Shown here: piece after piece, positions 36,405-45,452 of the stretch
Position numbering within the stretch: position 1 is the stretch's first letter
Layout of the letters: the number at the start of each line of letters is the position of its first letter
DNA from: Thermoleophilaceae bacterium
GTDB taxonomy: Bacteria; Actinomycetota; Thermoleophilia; Solirubrobacterales; Thermoleophilaceae
Length of the DNA stretch: 64,000 bases
Reading direction: 5' to 3'
Assembly (NCBI GenBank): GCA_034664165.1
Contig: JAXDIE010000023.1
Location: 2,777 to 66,776 of the forward strand
The notes under the pieces: generated by a model
Seen by the model: only the letters and a program-made list of their open reading frames with translations
What the model was told of the DNA's origin: nothing
The model's database searches: none
Made by a program: the position numbers and the translations under genes

Positions 36405-37310
36405 TCACTCCATCCCCAGCGGGCCCTGGACGTCGCGGTTCAGGAACTGGCGGACGAACGGGTTGCTGGAGTTGAACATGGACTTGGCATCCCCGGCCTG
36501 AACGATCTGCCCCTTCCAGAGGACGGCGATGTACTCGCCGATCTGACGTGCGGACGCGATGTCGTGGGTGATCACGATGTAGGTGCCGCCGTTCTCCTCG
36601 TGCATCTGCTTGATCAGGTCGCAGAGGAGCGCGGTGCGCACCGGGTCGAGGCCGGAGTCCGGCTCGTCGAACATGACGATCTCGGGACCGAGCACCAACG
36701 CGCGGGCGAAGCCGGCGCGCTTGCGCATTCCGCCCGAGAGCTCCGACGGTGAGCGGTCGCCGGCCTCCTGCAGGCCGACGTCGGCCAGCCGGGAGTTGAC
36801 GATCTCCGCGATCTGCTCCTCGCGGTAGTCGGTGTGCTGGCGAAGCGGGAAGGCCACGTTGTCGTAGAGGGACATCGAGCCGAAGAGCGCGCCGTCCTGG
36901 AAGAGGATGCCGAACTTGCGGCGGACGTCCAGGAGACGGGACAGGGTCATCTTCGGGACCGACTCACCGTGCACGACGATGTCGCCGGAGTCGGGGAAGA
37001 GCAGGCCGATCAGGTGCTTGATGAGCACGCTCTTGCCCGTGCCCGACGGGCCGAGGATGATCGAGATCATGCCCTCGGGGATGCCGACGGTCAGGCCATT
37101 GAGCACCTCGTTGCGGCCGAACTTCTTGTAGACGTCCTCGACCCGGATCGACCAGAACTCCCCGGGGACCTTCTCCTCCAGCTCGAGCGCGCCCTCGTGG
37201 ACGACCTCGCCGGATTCGCTCTTGAACCCCACCGCCTGGTCGAGGAGCGCCGCGGCCTCGGGGCTGGGCCCCGGGACGGGAACGTCAGTGGGGAAGGGAT
37301 CGTCTGCCAT
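36405..37310 (-). CDS. mceG: Mce/Mla-type ABC transporter ATPase (Mkl/MceG)
   Basis: 301 aa. Walker A GPSGTGKS, Q-loop FQDGALF, signature LSGGMRKRAGFARAL, Walker B IVMFDEPDSGLDP, H-loop ITHD. Confidence 0.88.
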   Translation of the reverse strand: MADDPFPTDVPVPGPSPEAAALLDQAVGFKSESGEVVHEGALELEEKVPGEFWSIRVEDVYKKFGRNEVLNGLTVGIPEGMISIILGPSGTGKSVLIKHLIGLLFPDSGDIVVHGESVPKMTLSRLLDVRRKFGILFQDGALFGSMSLYDNVAFPLRQHTDYREEQIAEIVNSRLADVGLQEAGDRSPSELSGGMRKRAGFARALVLGPEIVMFDEPDSGLDPVRTALLCDLIKQMHEENGGTYIVITHDIASARQIGEYIAVLWKGQIVQAGDAKSMFNSSNPFVRQFLNRDVQGPLGME

Positions 37311-37337
37311 GTAGAGGTCCTCTCTGTCTTTCCCTGG

Positions 37338-37811
37338 TCAGGAAGGGCGCTTGGGAAGCAGTTCGCGGAAATTGCCGAAGTGCCCGAGCGGGCGGAGCAT
37401 CGGGACGATCCGCAGGATCTTCCGGACGGGCCCCTCGTACTCCAGGATGCGGTTGGCGATGGAGAGGCCGAGGAATGTGTGGCCGGTCCAGATGTCGACG
37501 TTGTCCTGTGCCGTGCCCCAGAGGAGCACCTCGGCCGAAGGATCGGCCTCGCGGCGGAACTCGATCGGGAAGCGGTCGAAGTAGATCGTGAAGGAGCGAT
37601 CCGCATCCGTGATGTGCGCGGTCCAGATGGTCTCCGCCACGGTGAGCCGGCGCGAGAGCCGCTCGTCCTGGGCGCACGCCGCAGCGAAGAACCCCTCGAG
37701 GACGTCCATGAGCTTTTCGGCCTGCGCCGTGGCTTCCGCGGTCACAGGGGTGCCCGCCCGGCCCGAGCCGGTTGCGTCGCTCACATCAACTCCAACTTCA
37801 CCCGTCGACAT
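37338..37811 (-). CDS. SCP2 sterol/lipid-carrier-like protein (paralog of 16064-16465)
   Basis: 157 aa. Shares ...W.G......L.......G.....GPV.KIL+.VP...PL with the other SCP2-like ORF. Lies 27 nt upstream of mceG on the same strand. Confidence 0.6.
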   Translation of the reverse strand: MSTGEVGVDVSDATGSGRAGTPVTAEATAQAEKLMDVLEGFFAAACAQDERLSRRLTVAETIWTAHITDADRSFTIYFDRFPIEFRREADPSAEVLLWGTAQDNVDIWTGHTFLGLSIANRILEYEGPVRKILRIVPMLRPLGHFGNFRELLPKRPS

Positions 37812-38051
37812 GCCATCCCCACTCTCCCCACATGGATTGCAACGACCCCCGTGTTTCCAGCATGCTATCCGCGGTGGGCGGCGGGAAACTGGCAGGCCCC
37901 CACAAAGCCCGGCGTCACCCTATGTGATCGAGCTACAAGGCGACAGGCCCCGGGGCGCCCATACCCCCCGCGGGGGATTCATATCTCCCAAGGGGCAAGG
38001 CTGACCCCCGTGCCGGCCCCCGATGCTCCCGCGGGCAATAGGGTGCGCGCA

Positions 38052-39125
38052 ATGCGACCACTACTCATCCTCGCCCTGGCCACCGCAGCCTTCACCGGCG
38101 CCGCCGACGTGGCCCAAGCCAAGAACATCGTCGACCGCAAGGTCAGCTTCAGCGTCACCAACAGTGACCAGACGGGCGGCCCCGGCGCCACCGACAACAA
38201 GCGCTACACGATCGCCGGTCGCATGATCGGCCCACGAAGCGAGCTGCGGAAGGCGCGGGCCGGGCGGCCGGCGGAGACGCCCGCCGCAACCATCTACCTG
38301 CACGGGCTCGGCTACACCAGCCTCTTCTACCACTTCACCCAGGTGCCCCAGTACGACTTCGTCACGAAGATGGCCAAGCAGGGCCACCTGTCGGTGATCA
38401 TCGACCGCATCGGCTACGGCAAGAGCGGGAAGCCCGACGGGATGGACGACTCATACGCCGCCCAGGCCACGGTCCTCCACCAGATCATCCAGAGCCTGAG
38501 GGACGGCGAGTACGAGATGGCGGGCAACGCCAGGCGGCCGGCGGTCTTCAAGACCATCGGCGTGGCCGCGCACTCCGCGGCGGTGTTCATCGCGCAGCTC
38601 GAGGACTACTCGTTCGACGACGCTGATGCCCTGGTTCTCATGAGCCTCGGCGACCTCTTCCCGAGCCCGCTCGCATTGACCGCCTTCGCCGCGACGTCGG
38701 GTGTCTGCTTCTCCGGGGGAGATCTCTCCGACGGCGACACCGGATCCCCGGGTTACGCCTACTTTGGCCAGACCGACGCCGACTTCCAGGCAGCCCACCT
38801 CTACAACATCGATCCTCGGGTCGCGGCCATCATCACCGCCCACCGCGTCCGCGACCCCTGCGGCGAGAGCGGGACGGCGCTGACCTCGATCCTCAGCGAC
38901 GCCACCCACGACCAGCGAATCCGGGTTCCCGTCCTTCTGCTCAACGGCAAGAACGATGCGCTGTTCCCGCCGCCCGCCGGCAACATCCAAAAGGTGCTCT
39001 TCCAGGGCGTGCGCGACCTGACCCAGGTGGAGGTGCCCGACACCGGACATGCCCTCCTGCTCGGCCGCACCGCCCCGATCGTGCGCGAGAAGATCGACAA
39101 GTGGCTGAGCGAACGCGGGCTCTGA
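38052..39125 (+). CDS. secreted alpha/beta-hydrolase
   Basis: 357 aa from MRPLLILALATAAFTGAADVAQA (signal peptide). Oxyanion-like YLHGLG. Nucleophile elbow variant GVAAHSAAV. C-terminal DTGHALL. The track ORF (from 36834) is an antisense run-on. Confidence 0.75.
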   Translation: MRPLLILALATAAFTGAADVAQAKNIVDRKVSFSVTNSDQTGGPGATDNKRYTIAGRMIGPRSELRKARAGRPAETPAATIYLHGLGYTSLFYHFTQVPQYDFVTKMAKQGHLSVIIDRIGYGKSGKPDGMDDSYAAQATVLHQIIQSLRDGEYEMAGNARRPAVFKTIGVAAHSAAVFIAQLEDYSFDDADALVLMSLGDLFPSPLALTAFAATSGVCFSGGDLSDGDTGSPGYAYFGQTDADFQAAHLYNIDPRVAAIITAHRVRDPCGESGTALTSILSDATHDQRIRVPVLLLNGKNDALFPPPAGNIQKVLFQGVRDLTQVEVPDTGHALLLGRTAPIVREKIDKWLSERGL

Positions 39126-39269
39126 ATCGGCGGCCGTTTCCCCCGTTGGGGTGATACTTGCCCCTCCAGCGGATGATGAAGGGGCCTGGATCATGAGGAA
39201 AGCTGGGACCACAGGACTAAGGTGCTCCGCAGAGACAGTCTCAACGCGGGCCAAAGAGGAGGAACGGGA

Positions 39270-39818
39270 ATGCAGGTAGCGACTCACACGTCGGGGGCAG
39301 AGAACAACGCAGGTCCCGTGCTGCGCGGCCTGGGCGCCGCTGGTGGCGTGATGATCGCCGTGGGCGTCGGAATGCTGCTCATGCCGTTCGTCGGCCCGCT
39401 GGTCGGGATTCCCTTCGACGGCGCGCAGGCCTTCGTGCTCGACCGCAACCGCTTCCTGCTCCACGTCTTCCCCGGCGCCGTAGGCCTGCTCACCGGGCTG
39501 GCTCTGCTCCACGCGCAGCGCATGCGCACGCGTAAGGGCCTGGCCTACCCCGAATGGCTCAAGCCCGCCATCGCCATAGCGGTGATCGTCGGGATCTGGA
39601 ACGGCGTGGGCCCCTGGGTCCTCCAGAGCGTCCTTCCCGCATCCTCCGGCACCTCGCTGATGTTCACCAACATCCAGGGCTTCGGCGGGATGAGCGGGAC
39701 ACAGCAGTTCCTGCTCGAGATGACCTGCCACTGGCTCCCCGGCGTGCTCGCCCTGGGGGCGGCGTGGGTCGCCTACGTGCTGGTCCGCCGTCTCCCTGGC
39801 AACGTCGCGGCCTCCTAG
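39270..39818 (+). CDS. four-TM membrane protein, unknown family
   Basis: ATG at 39270 follows AGAGGAGGA. 182 aa with four hydrophobic helices. Confidence 0.55.
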   Translation: MQVATHTSGAENNAGPVLRGLGAAGGVMIAVGVGMLLMPFVGPLVGIPFDGAQAFVLDRNRFLLHVFPGAVGLLTGLALLHAQRMRTRKGLAYPEWLKPAIAIAVIVGIWNGVGPWVLQSVLPASSGTSLMFTNIQGFGGMSGTQQFLLEMTCHWLPGVLALGAAWVAYVLVRRLPGNVAAS

Positions 39819-39832
39819 TCCGGACCAACGTC

Positions 39833-39868
39833 ACACAGGTCATAGCTACGCCTGTGTAGTATTTGTTG
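39833..39868 (+). terminator. terminator-like hairpin overlapping a -10-like TAGTAT
   Basis: acacagg-tcatagctacg-cctgtgt followed by the T-rich agtatttgttg. TAGTAT (39857-39862) ends 7 nt before the ATG at 39870. Confidence 0.4.
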
Positions 39869-39869
39869 A

Positions 39870-40826
39870 ATGTCGTTCAACGCACGGACCGAACCGGCCC
39901 TGGAGGTCGACCCTCTCGGGCTTGACGGTGTGATCACCGAGCTCGGCGGGCGACGGATCCTCGATGGCGTAACCCTTCCGGTCGAGGCCGGGAAGATCAC
40001 TGCGCTCGTCGGGCCTTCCGGGGTCGGCAAGACGCTCTGCGTCCGCCACCTCACCGGGCTGCTGGCGCCAACGGCCGGCCGCGTGATGATGGACGGCCGC
40101 GACATGACGACACTGACCCGCCAGGAGCTCCGCGAGCACCGCCGCCAGATGGGTGTCCTGTTCCAGGGCTCTTCGGCGCAGGGGGCCGGCCTGTTCGGCT
40201 CCCTCAGCGTCCTCGACAACCTCCGCTTCGTCCTGCGGAGCCAGACCGATCTTTCCGACGAGGAGATCATGGAGCGCGCGCGGATCCAGGTGGAGCAGGT
40301 CGGGCTCGCCCAGTTCGCCGACGCTTTTCCGCAAACCCTCTCCACGGGCATGGCCCGCCGCGCCGCCCTGGCGCGCGCGCTGGTCACCGAGCCCCGGATG
40401 CTCCTGCTGGACGACCTGGACAGCGGCATCGACGACATCCGCCTGAGCCTCCTCGCCGACCTGGTCAGGCAGGCCCAGGCCGATACCGGCATGACGGTGC
40501 TTGTGACAACCCATGACCCCGAGCTCGTGGACGAGCTGGCCGACACCGTGGCCGTTCTCCGCAGCGGCCGGATCCGTTCCATCGGCCCGCCCCACGAGGT
40601 GCTGGCCAAAGGCGGGCGCGGCGGCGGCACCTTCCTGGCCGGCGACCGCACGGCCGGGCTCGAGATGGCCCCGGAGGCCGTCGGCCCCGCCACCCTGACG
40701 GAGGTCAACCACCAGCCCGTCGGCGTCGAGGGCCGTCAGCTGCCGGCCGCCCTGCTGGGCTTCTTCATCATGGTCGCCATCGCGGCCACCTGGTTCTACG
40801 TGGCCGCGAACCACACGCCCGGCTGA
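39870..40826 (+). CDS. MlaF/MceG-like ABC ATPase with C-terminal TM anchor and degenerate Walker B/signature
   Basis: 318 aa. Walker A GPSGVGKT. Signature LSTGMARRAALARAL. Walker B LLLDDLDSG (Asp replaces the catalytic Glu). H-loop TTHD. C-terminal LPAALLGFFIMVAIAATWFYVAA. Confidence 0.8.
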   Translation: MSFNARTEPALEVDPLGLDGVITELGGRRILDGVTLPVEAGKITALVGPSGVGKTLCVRHLTGLLAPTAGRVMMDGRDMTTLTRQELREHRRQMGVLFQGSSAQGAGLFGSLSVLDNLRFVLRSQTDLSDEEIMERARIQVEQVGLAQFADAFPQTLSTGMARRAALARALVTEPRMLLLDDLDSGIDDIRLSLLADLVRQAQADTGMTVLVTTHDPELVDELADTVAVLRSGRIRSIGPPHEVLAKGGRGGGTFLAGDRTAGLEMAPEAVGPATLTEVNHQPVGVEGRQLPAALLGFFIMVAIAATWFYVAANHTPG

Positions 40827-40864
40827 ACGAAGGAGCCGGCAGGCTCGCGGAGAAAGGGTGCCGA

Positions 40865-41563
40865 ATGGCCTTTTCCGCGGAGTTGATCGACGTCCACAAG
40901 CGGGCCGGCGCGAGCCGGGCGCTGACAGACGTGAACATCGGCGTGCCCTCTGGCGACGTGACCGTCCTGCATGGCGGAGCGCGTTCGGGCAAGACGGCGG
41001 TGGTGCGCCTGATCTCCGGCCTGGACCGGGCCGACCACGGAGCCGTGCTCGTGGGCGGCAAGGCCATGTCGGGCGCATCCGGGCGGGCCCTCCGGCGCCT
41101 GCAGCGCAGCATGGCCGTGATGCTCCAGGGCGGCCCGTCCGACAGCTGCGGGCTCTTCGACTCCGCCTCGATCTTCGAGAACCTTGCCTTCCCGCTTCGC
41201 GAGTCCGGCCATGTGGCCGCCCGCCGCATCGACGCCCTGGCCCTCGACTATCTCGAGCGGGCGGGTCTTGCCCAGGTGGCTTCCGAGAAGCCGGCCGTCC
41301 TGTCGCCCGCGATGCGCAAGCGGGTGGCGCTGGTGCGGGCGTTGGCCATGCACGCGCCGCTCGTGGTGCTCGACGAGCCCGACGGCCACGCGGACCCGGC
41401 AGAGCTCGAGACGGTCTGCCGTCTGATCGAGCAGGAGCGCGAGGAGCGCTGCAACACCTATCTGGTCACGACGCGCAACTCGGCGCTGGCCGCACGGCTC
41501 GGGCACCACGTGGTGAGCCTCGACGACGGCTGCGTGGTCGAGACCTCAGCCGTCTACGCCTGA
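40865..41563 (+). CDS. MlaF/MceG-like ABC ATPase, degenerate signature and H-loop
   Basis: 232 aa. Walker A GGARSGKT. Signature LSPAMRKRVALVRAL. Walker B VVLDEPDG. H-loop position reads TTRN. Confidence 0.75.
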   Translation: MAFSAELIDVHKRAGASRALTDVNIGVPSGDVTVLHGGARSGKTAVVRLISGLDRADHGAVLVGGKAMSGASGRALRRLQRSMAVMLQGGPSDSCGLFDSASIFENLAFPLRESGHVAARRIDALALDYLERAGLAQVASEKPAVLSPAMRKRVALVRALAMHAPLVVLDEPDGHADPAELETVCRLIEQEREERCNTYLVTTRNSALAARLGHHVVSLDDGCVVETSAVYA

Positions 41564-41567
41564 GCGC

Positions 41568-42257
41568 TCACGTCCCGAGCGTCATCGTGTTGAGGGCGAA
41601 GCCGCCGTCGATGGCGATCTGCTGCCCGGTGACCTGGGCGGACTCGTCCGAGGCCAGATAGGCCACCAGCCCGGCCACCTCCTCGACCTCCGCCATCCGC
41701 CCCGAGGGCAGCGCCTCGAGCACCCGGTCCAGCACACCCTGCGGCATGGCCCGGACCTGCTCGGTGGCGATCATCCCCGGGAGCACTGCATTGGCGGTGA
41801 TCCCCTTGCCCGCGTTCTCGGCGGCGATCGTCTTCATCATCCCGAGGAGCCCCGCCTTTGACGCGCTGTAGGCGACCTGTCCCGGGAGGCCGCCGGTGGC
41901 GGCCCCGCTCGAGATCACGACGATCCGCCCGTGGCCGCGCTCGCGCATGCCTGCCAGGCAGGCCTGGACCACGCGGAAGGCGCCGGTGAGATTGACGTCG
42001 ATGTCGCGCTGCCACTGCTCAGGCGTCATCTGGTGGGCCGGCGCGATCGTCGTGGTGATCGCCGCGTTGGACACGACGACATCGATGTCGTCGAGCGGCG
42101 GCAGCTCGCCGGCTGCGACGTCGACCTGGAGGTCGCAGCCCTCGGCGCGATCGAGCGTGACCACATCCATGCCATCTGCACGCAGGCGATCGGCAATGGC
42201 TGCGCCGATACCGCGCGCGGCACCCGTCACCAGCGCGCGGCGCGGCGCGTCGGTCAA
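41568..42257 (-). CDS. short-chain dehydrogenase/reductase
   Basis: TGAARGIG, NAAI, YSASKAG. I prefer the TTG at 42257, which overlaps the GMC stop (TTGA). The track ORF extends to 42416. Confidence 0.8.
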   Translation of the reverse strand: MTDAPRRALVTGAARGIGAAIADRLRADGMDVVTLDRAEGCDLQVDVAAGELPPLDDIDVVVSNAAITTTIAPAHQMTPEQWQRDIDVNLTGAFRVVQACLAGMRERGHGRIVVISSGAATGGLPGQVAYSASKAGLLGMMKTIAAENAGKGITANAVLPGMIATEQVRAMPQGVLDRVLEALPSGRMAEVEEVAGLVAYLASDESAQVTGQQIAIDGGFALNTMTLGT

Positions 42258-43798
42258 GCCTGCGCGATGAGGTCGGCGGCCCGCTCCGCGATCATGATCG
42301 TGGGCGCATTGGTGTTGCCGCGGGTGACCGTGGGCATCACCGAGGCGTCGACCACGCGCAGGCCCTCGATACCGAGCACCTTGAGGTCGTTGTCCACCAC
42401 CTCGCCGATCGCGCACGTACTGGTGGGGTGGTACACGGACTGGGTGTAGGCGCGGGCGAAGGCCATCAGGTCCTCGTCGGAGTCCGAGTCCGGGGCGCGG
42501 AACGGCCCGGTGATCACGTCGGTCAGCGCGGGCTGCTCCGCCATCTCCATCGCCATCCGCAGGCCGGCGATGATGCTCTGGCGGTCATCCTCGGTGGCGT
42601 AGAAGTTGCTCACGATCCTCGGCTTGGAGGAAGGCAGCGGGGTCCGCAGGGTCACGCTGCCGCGGCTCGTGGGCTTGAGCACGCACGGGCCGAAGGCGAA
42701 GCCGTGCTCGGTGGCCACACCCAGGCCCTCGTCGTAATAGAGCACCGGCGCCATGTGGAACTGCACGTCGGGCGCGTCGAGTCCCGCACGCGTGCGCATG
42801 AAGCCCCCGGCTTCGGCCAGGTTCGAGGTCAACGGGCCGCGGCCCTCGCTCTCGAGCATCGCCACGTTCTCCGGGGACATCGCGGTCATCAGCGACTCGA
42901 CGTCGGTCTTGTAGTTGATCAGTGCCATGGGGTGGTCCTGCAGGTTCTCCCCGACTGGCAGGTCCTGGAGCACCTCGATCATCAGGGCCTCGAGTCCCGC
43001 CGCTGGGCCGATGCCCGACAGCATCAGCAGCTGGGGCGAGTTGTACGCGCCGGCAGAGACGATCACCTCGCGCTCGGCGCGGATCTCCTCGAGCTGGCCG
43101 TTTCGGGTGAGTTCGATGCCGACCGCTCGCGAGCCCTCGAACAGGATTCGCGTGACCAGGCCGCCGGTCACGACCTCGAGGTTGGGACGATCCGCAGCCG
43201 GGTGGAGGTAGGCCACCGAGGTGCCGCAGCGCATCCCGTTCCTCTGGGTTGTCTGGTAGCGGCCGACGCCCTCCTGGCGGGCGCCGTTGAAGTCCGGGTT
43301 GGCCTCATGGCCGAGGGCCTTGGCGGCCTCGACCCACGCGTCGGCCAGCGGGTTCATCGACCTGCCCTCGGACACACCGAGAGGCCCGCCGGTTCCGTGG
43401 AACTGGTCCTCGCCGCGCTCGTTGTCCTCGGCCTTCTTGAAGTACGGGAGCACGTCGTCGTAGCCCCAGCCTGCGGCGCCGCCCTCGGACCAGCCGTTGT
43501 AGTCGGCCTGGTTGCCGCGGATGTACACCATCGCGTTGAGGTTGCTCGTGCCGCCGAGGACCTTGCCCCGGGGCAGGTATGTCCGCCGGTTGTCCAGGCC
43601 CGGCTCGGGCTCGCTGGTCAAATCCCAGTCAAGGTCGCTCTTCTGCAGCGCCGCAAAGGCCGCCGGGATGTGCAACTCCTGCGCGGTGTCCGGCGGGCCG
43701 GCCTCGATGAGCGTGACGCTCACGTCGGAGTTCTCCGACAGCCGGGCGGCAAGGACGCAACCGGCCGAGCCGGCACCAACGATCACGTAGTCAGGCAT
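42254..43798 (-). CDS. GMC-family FAD oxidoreductase (choline/alcohol dehydrogenase-like)
   Basis: 514 aa from MPDYVIVGAGSAGCVLAARLSE. GMC signatures: GGTSNLNAMVY; C-terminal HPTSTCAIG...VVDASVMP. The track ORF extends to 44128. Confidence 0.9.
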   Translation of the reverse strand: MPDYVIVGAGSAGCVLAARLSENSDVSVTLIEAGPPDTAQELHIPAAFAALQKSDLDWDLTSEPEPGLDNRRTYLPRGKVLGGTSNLNAMVYIRGNQADYNGWSEGGAAGWGYDDVLPYFKKAEDNERGEDQFHGTGGPLGVSEGRSMNPLADAWVEAAKALGHEANPDFNGARQEGVGRYQTTQRNGMRCGTSVAYLHPAADRPNLEVVTGGLVTRILFEGSRAVGIELTRNGQLEEIRAEREVIVSAGAYNSPQLLMLSGIGPAAGLEALMIEVLQDLPVGENLQDHPMALINYKTDVESLMTAMSPENVAMLESEGRGPLTSNLAEAGGFMRTRAGLDAPDVQFHMAPVLYYDEGLGVATEHGFAFGPCVLKPTSRGSVTLRTPLPSSKPRIVSNFYATEDDRQSIIAGLRMAMEMAEQPALTDVITGPFRAPDSDSDEDLMAFARAYTQSVYHPTSTCAIGEVVDNDLKVLGIEGLRVVDASVMPTVTRGNTNAPTIMIAERAADLIAQA

Positions 43799-43823
43799 CG
43801 GCTCTCTCCTAGCTTCGGCGGGG

Positions 43824-45359
43824 TTAGACGGAACGTCCGCTGTCCTGCCAGTACTCGTCACGCAGGGCGCGCTTGAGCACCTTACCCACCGGGCTGCGAG
43901 GCAGCTCACGGACGATGACCGTCTTGGGGGTCTTGACCGGGCTGAGCCGCTCGCGGCAGTAGGCGATGATCTCGTCGGCGTCGACCTCCATGCCGCTCTT
44001 GGGCTCGACGACCGCGGTGACCGACTCGCCCCACTTCTCGTCCGGCAGGCCGATAACGGCACAGTCGTTGACCGACGGATGGCTCCAGATGACCTGCTCG
44101 ATCTCGCCTGGGTAGACGTTGAAGCCACCCGTGATCACCATGTCGCGCTTGCGGTCGACGATGTAGATGTAGCCGTCCTCGTCCTTCTGGCCGATGTCGT
44201 TGGTGCCGTGCCAGCCGTTGCGGTCGGCGGCGGCCGTCTCCTCGGGGTTCTTGTAGTAGCCCTTCATCACCATCGAGCCGCGCACAACGATCTCGCCGCG
44301 CTCGCCCGGGGGCATGAAGTTGCCGTCGTCATCCATGATCTCGACGCGCGCCACGAGCGATGGCTTGCCGCAGCTGGCCAGGCGGCCTTCCAGCCCGGGG
44401 GTCTCGAGGCACTCCATGTGCTCCTTGGGCCCGAAGAAGGTGCAGATCATGGGCGCCTCGGCCTGGCCGAAGGTCTGCGTCATGACGGGGCCGAAGACTT
44501 CGATGGCCTCCTTGAGCTTCTCGGTGGACATGGGGGCGGCGGCGTAGATGAAGTGCTGGAGCGAGCTGTAGTCGCGGTCGCGCACCGTCGGGTCGTCGAG
44601 CAGCGAGTAGATCGCGGTGGGCGGCAGGAACATCCGCGTGACCTTGTGCTTCTCGATGGAGTCGAGGATCTCGACCGGCTTGACATTCTTATGCACGATC
44701 GTGGTGCCGCCGGCGGCGAAGACGGGGAAGGAGATCGGCCCGGCCGCGTGGGTCATGGGCGCGGCCATGAGCTGGACGGGGGGAGCCGGCTCGGGCATGT
44801 GGGCGGCGAAGGCCAGGTTCATGAACTCAGCGACCCGGTGGGTGAGCATCACGGCCTTGGACTTGCCCGTGGTGCCGCCGCTGCCGAACATGATGGCCAC
44901 GGAGTCGGGGCTGTGGGCGGGCATGCCAACCTCGGTGCCCTCGGGCGCCATCCAGGTGTCCAGCTCGGCGATCGGGACCAGCTCGCGGACCACGTCGACG
45001 GCGTCGTCCAGCTGGCGCGCGAACTCCTCGAGCTCGGGGTGGAAGAACAGCACCTCGGTGTCGGAGAGCTCCAGCGTGTGCGCCAGGTCCTCGAGCGTGC
45101 CGCGGGTATTCATCGGGACCCACGACGCGTTGAGCCTCAGCGCACCGAGTACGCAGCAAAAAGCGATCGGGTCGTTCGGGGAGAAGACCGCGACCTTGGT
45201 CTCCTCTTCGACGCCCAGATCCTTGAGCTTGGCCGCAATCCGATGCGACATCGCCGACATCTCGGCGTAGGTGTACTCGCGGTCTTCGCCGTACATGACC
45301 ATGCAGGCCCGGTCGGGGTCGAGAAGAACGCCACGATCGAAGGTCTCTATTAGTTGCAT
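43824..45359 (-). CDS. acyl-CoA synthetase (AMP-forming, FadD-like)
   Basis: 511 aa. AMP-binding motif FGSGGTTGKSKAV. Later GWHGTNDIG and ITGGFNVYPGEIE. Confidence 0.9.
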   Translation of the reverse strand: MQLIETFDRGVLLDPDRACMVMYGEDREYTYAEMSAMSHRIAAKLKDLGVEEETKVAVFSPNDPIAFCCVLGALRLNASWVPMNTRGTLEDLAHTLELSDTEVLFFHPELEEFARQLDDAVDVVRELVPIAELDTWMAPEGTEVGMPAHSPDSVAIMFGSGGTTGKSKAVMLTHRVAEFMNLAFAAHMPEPAPPVQLMAAPMTHAAGPISFPVFAAGGTTIVHKNVKPVEILDSIEKHKVTRMFLPPTAIYSLLDDPTVRDRDYSSLQHFIYAAAPMSTEKLKEAIEVFGPVMTQTFGQAEAPMICTFFGPKEHMECLETPGLEGRLASCGKPSLVARVEIMDDDGNFMPPGERGEIVVRGSMVMKGYYKNPEETAAADRNGWHGTNDIGQKDEDGYIYIVDRKRDMVITGGFNVYPGEIEQVIWSHPSVNDCAVIGLPDEKWGESVTAVVEPKSGMEVDADEIIAYCRERLSPVKTPKTVIVRELPRSPVGKVLKRALRDEYWQDSGRSV

Positions 45360-45452
45360 GGGGCCGACCCTAGGTCGCCTGGGAAGCCGGGGTCTTGTAG
45401 TGCGCGTCCAAAGCGGTCGCGCGCGTGTTGGGTCAAATGGACAACCAGCTGG

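Noticed and set aside
36834-39125. 763-aa ORF that appears to fuse an N-terminal region to the alpha/beta hydrolase. Similar N-terminal over-extensions occur at 13582-15501, 14805-16328, 17092-18003, 34069-35328, 42254-44128, 45453-47945, 47647-49581, 50037-51932, 55634-56407, 58969-60057, 59796-60392 and 61318-63678.
   Set aside because: The extensions overlap neighbouring bona fide genes in another frame or strand and are Arg/Pro-rich. Internal starts with RBS-like sequences or with 1-4-nt stop/start overlaps give proteins of normal family length, so the CDSs were trimmed.
39205-39225. A possible third copy of the repeat, based on the shared 12-mer CCACAGGACTAA upstream of the 4-TM gene.
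   Set aside because: The match does not extend beyond 12 nt on either side. A single 12-mer match within a 64-kb GC-rich window is compatible with chance.
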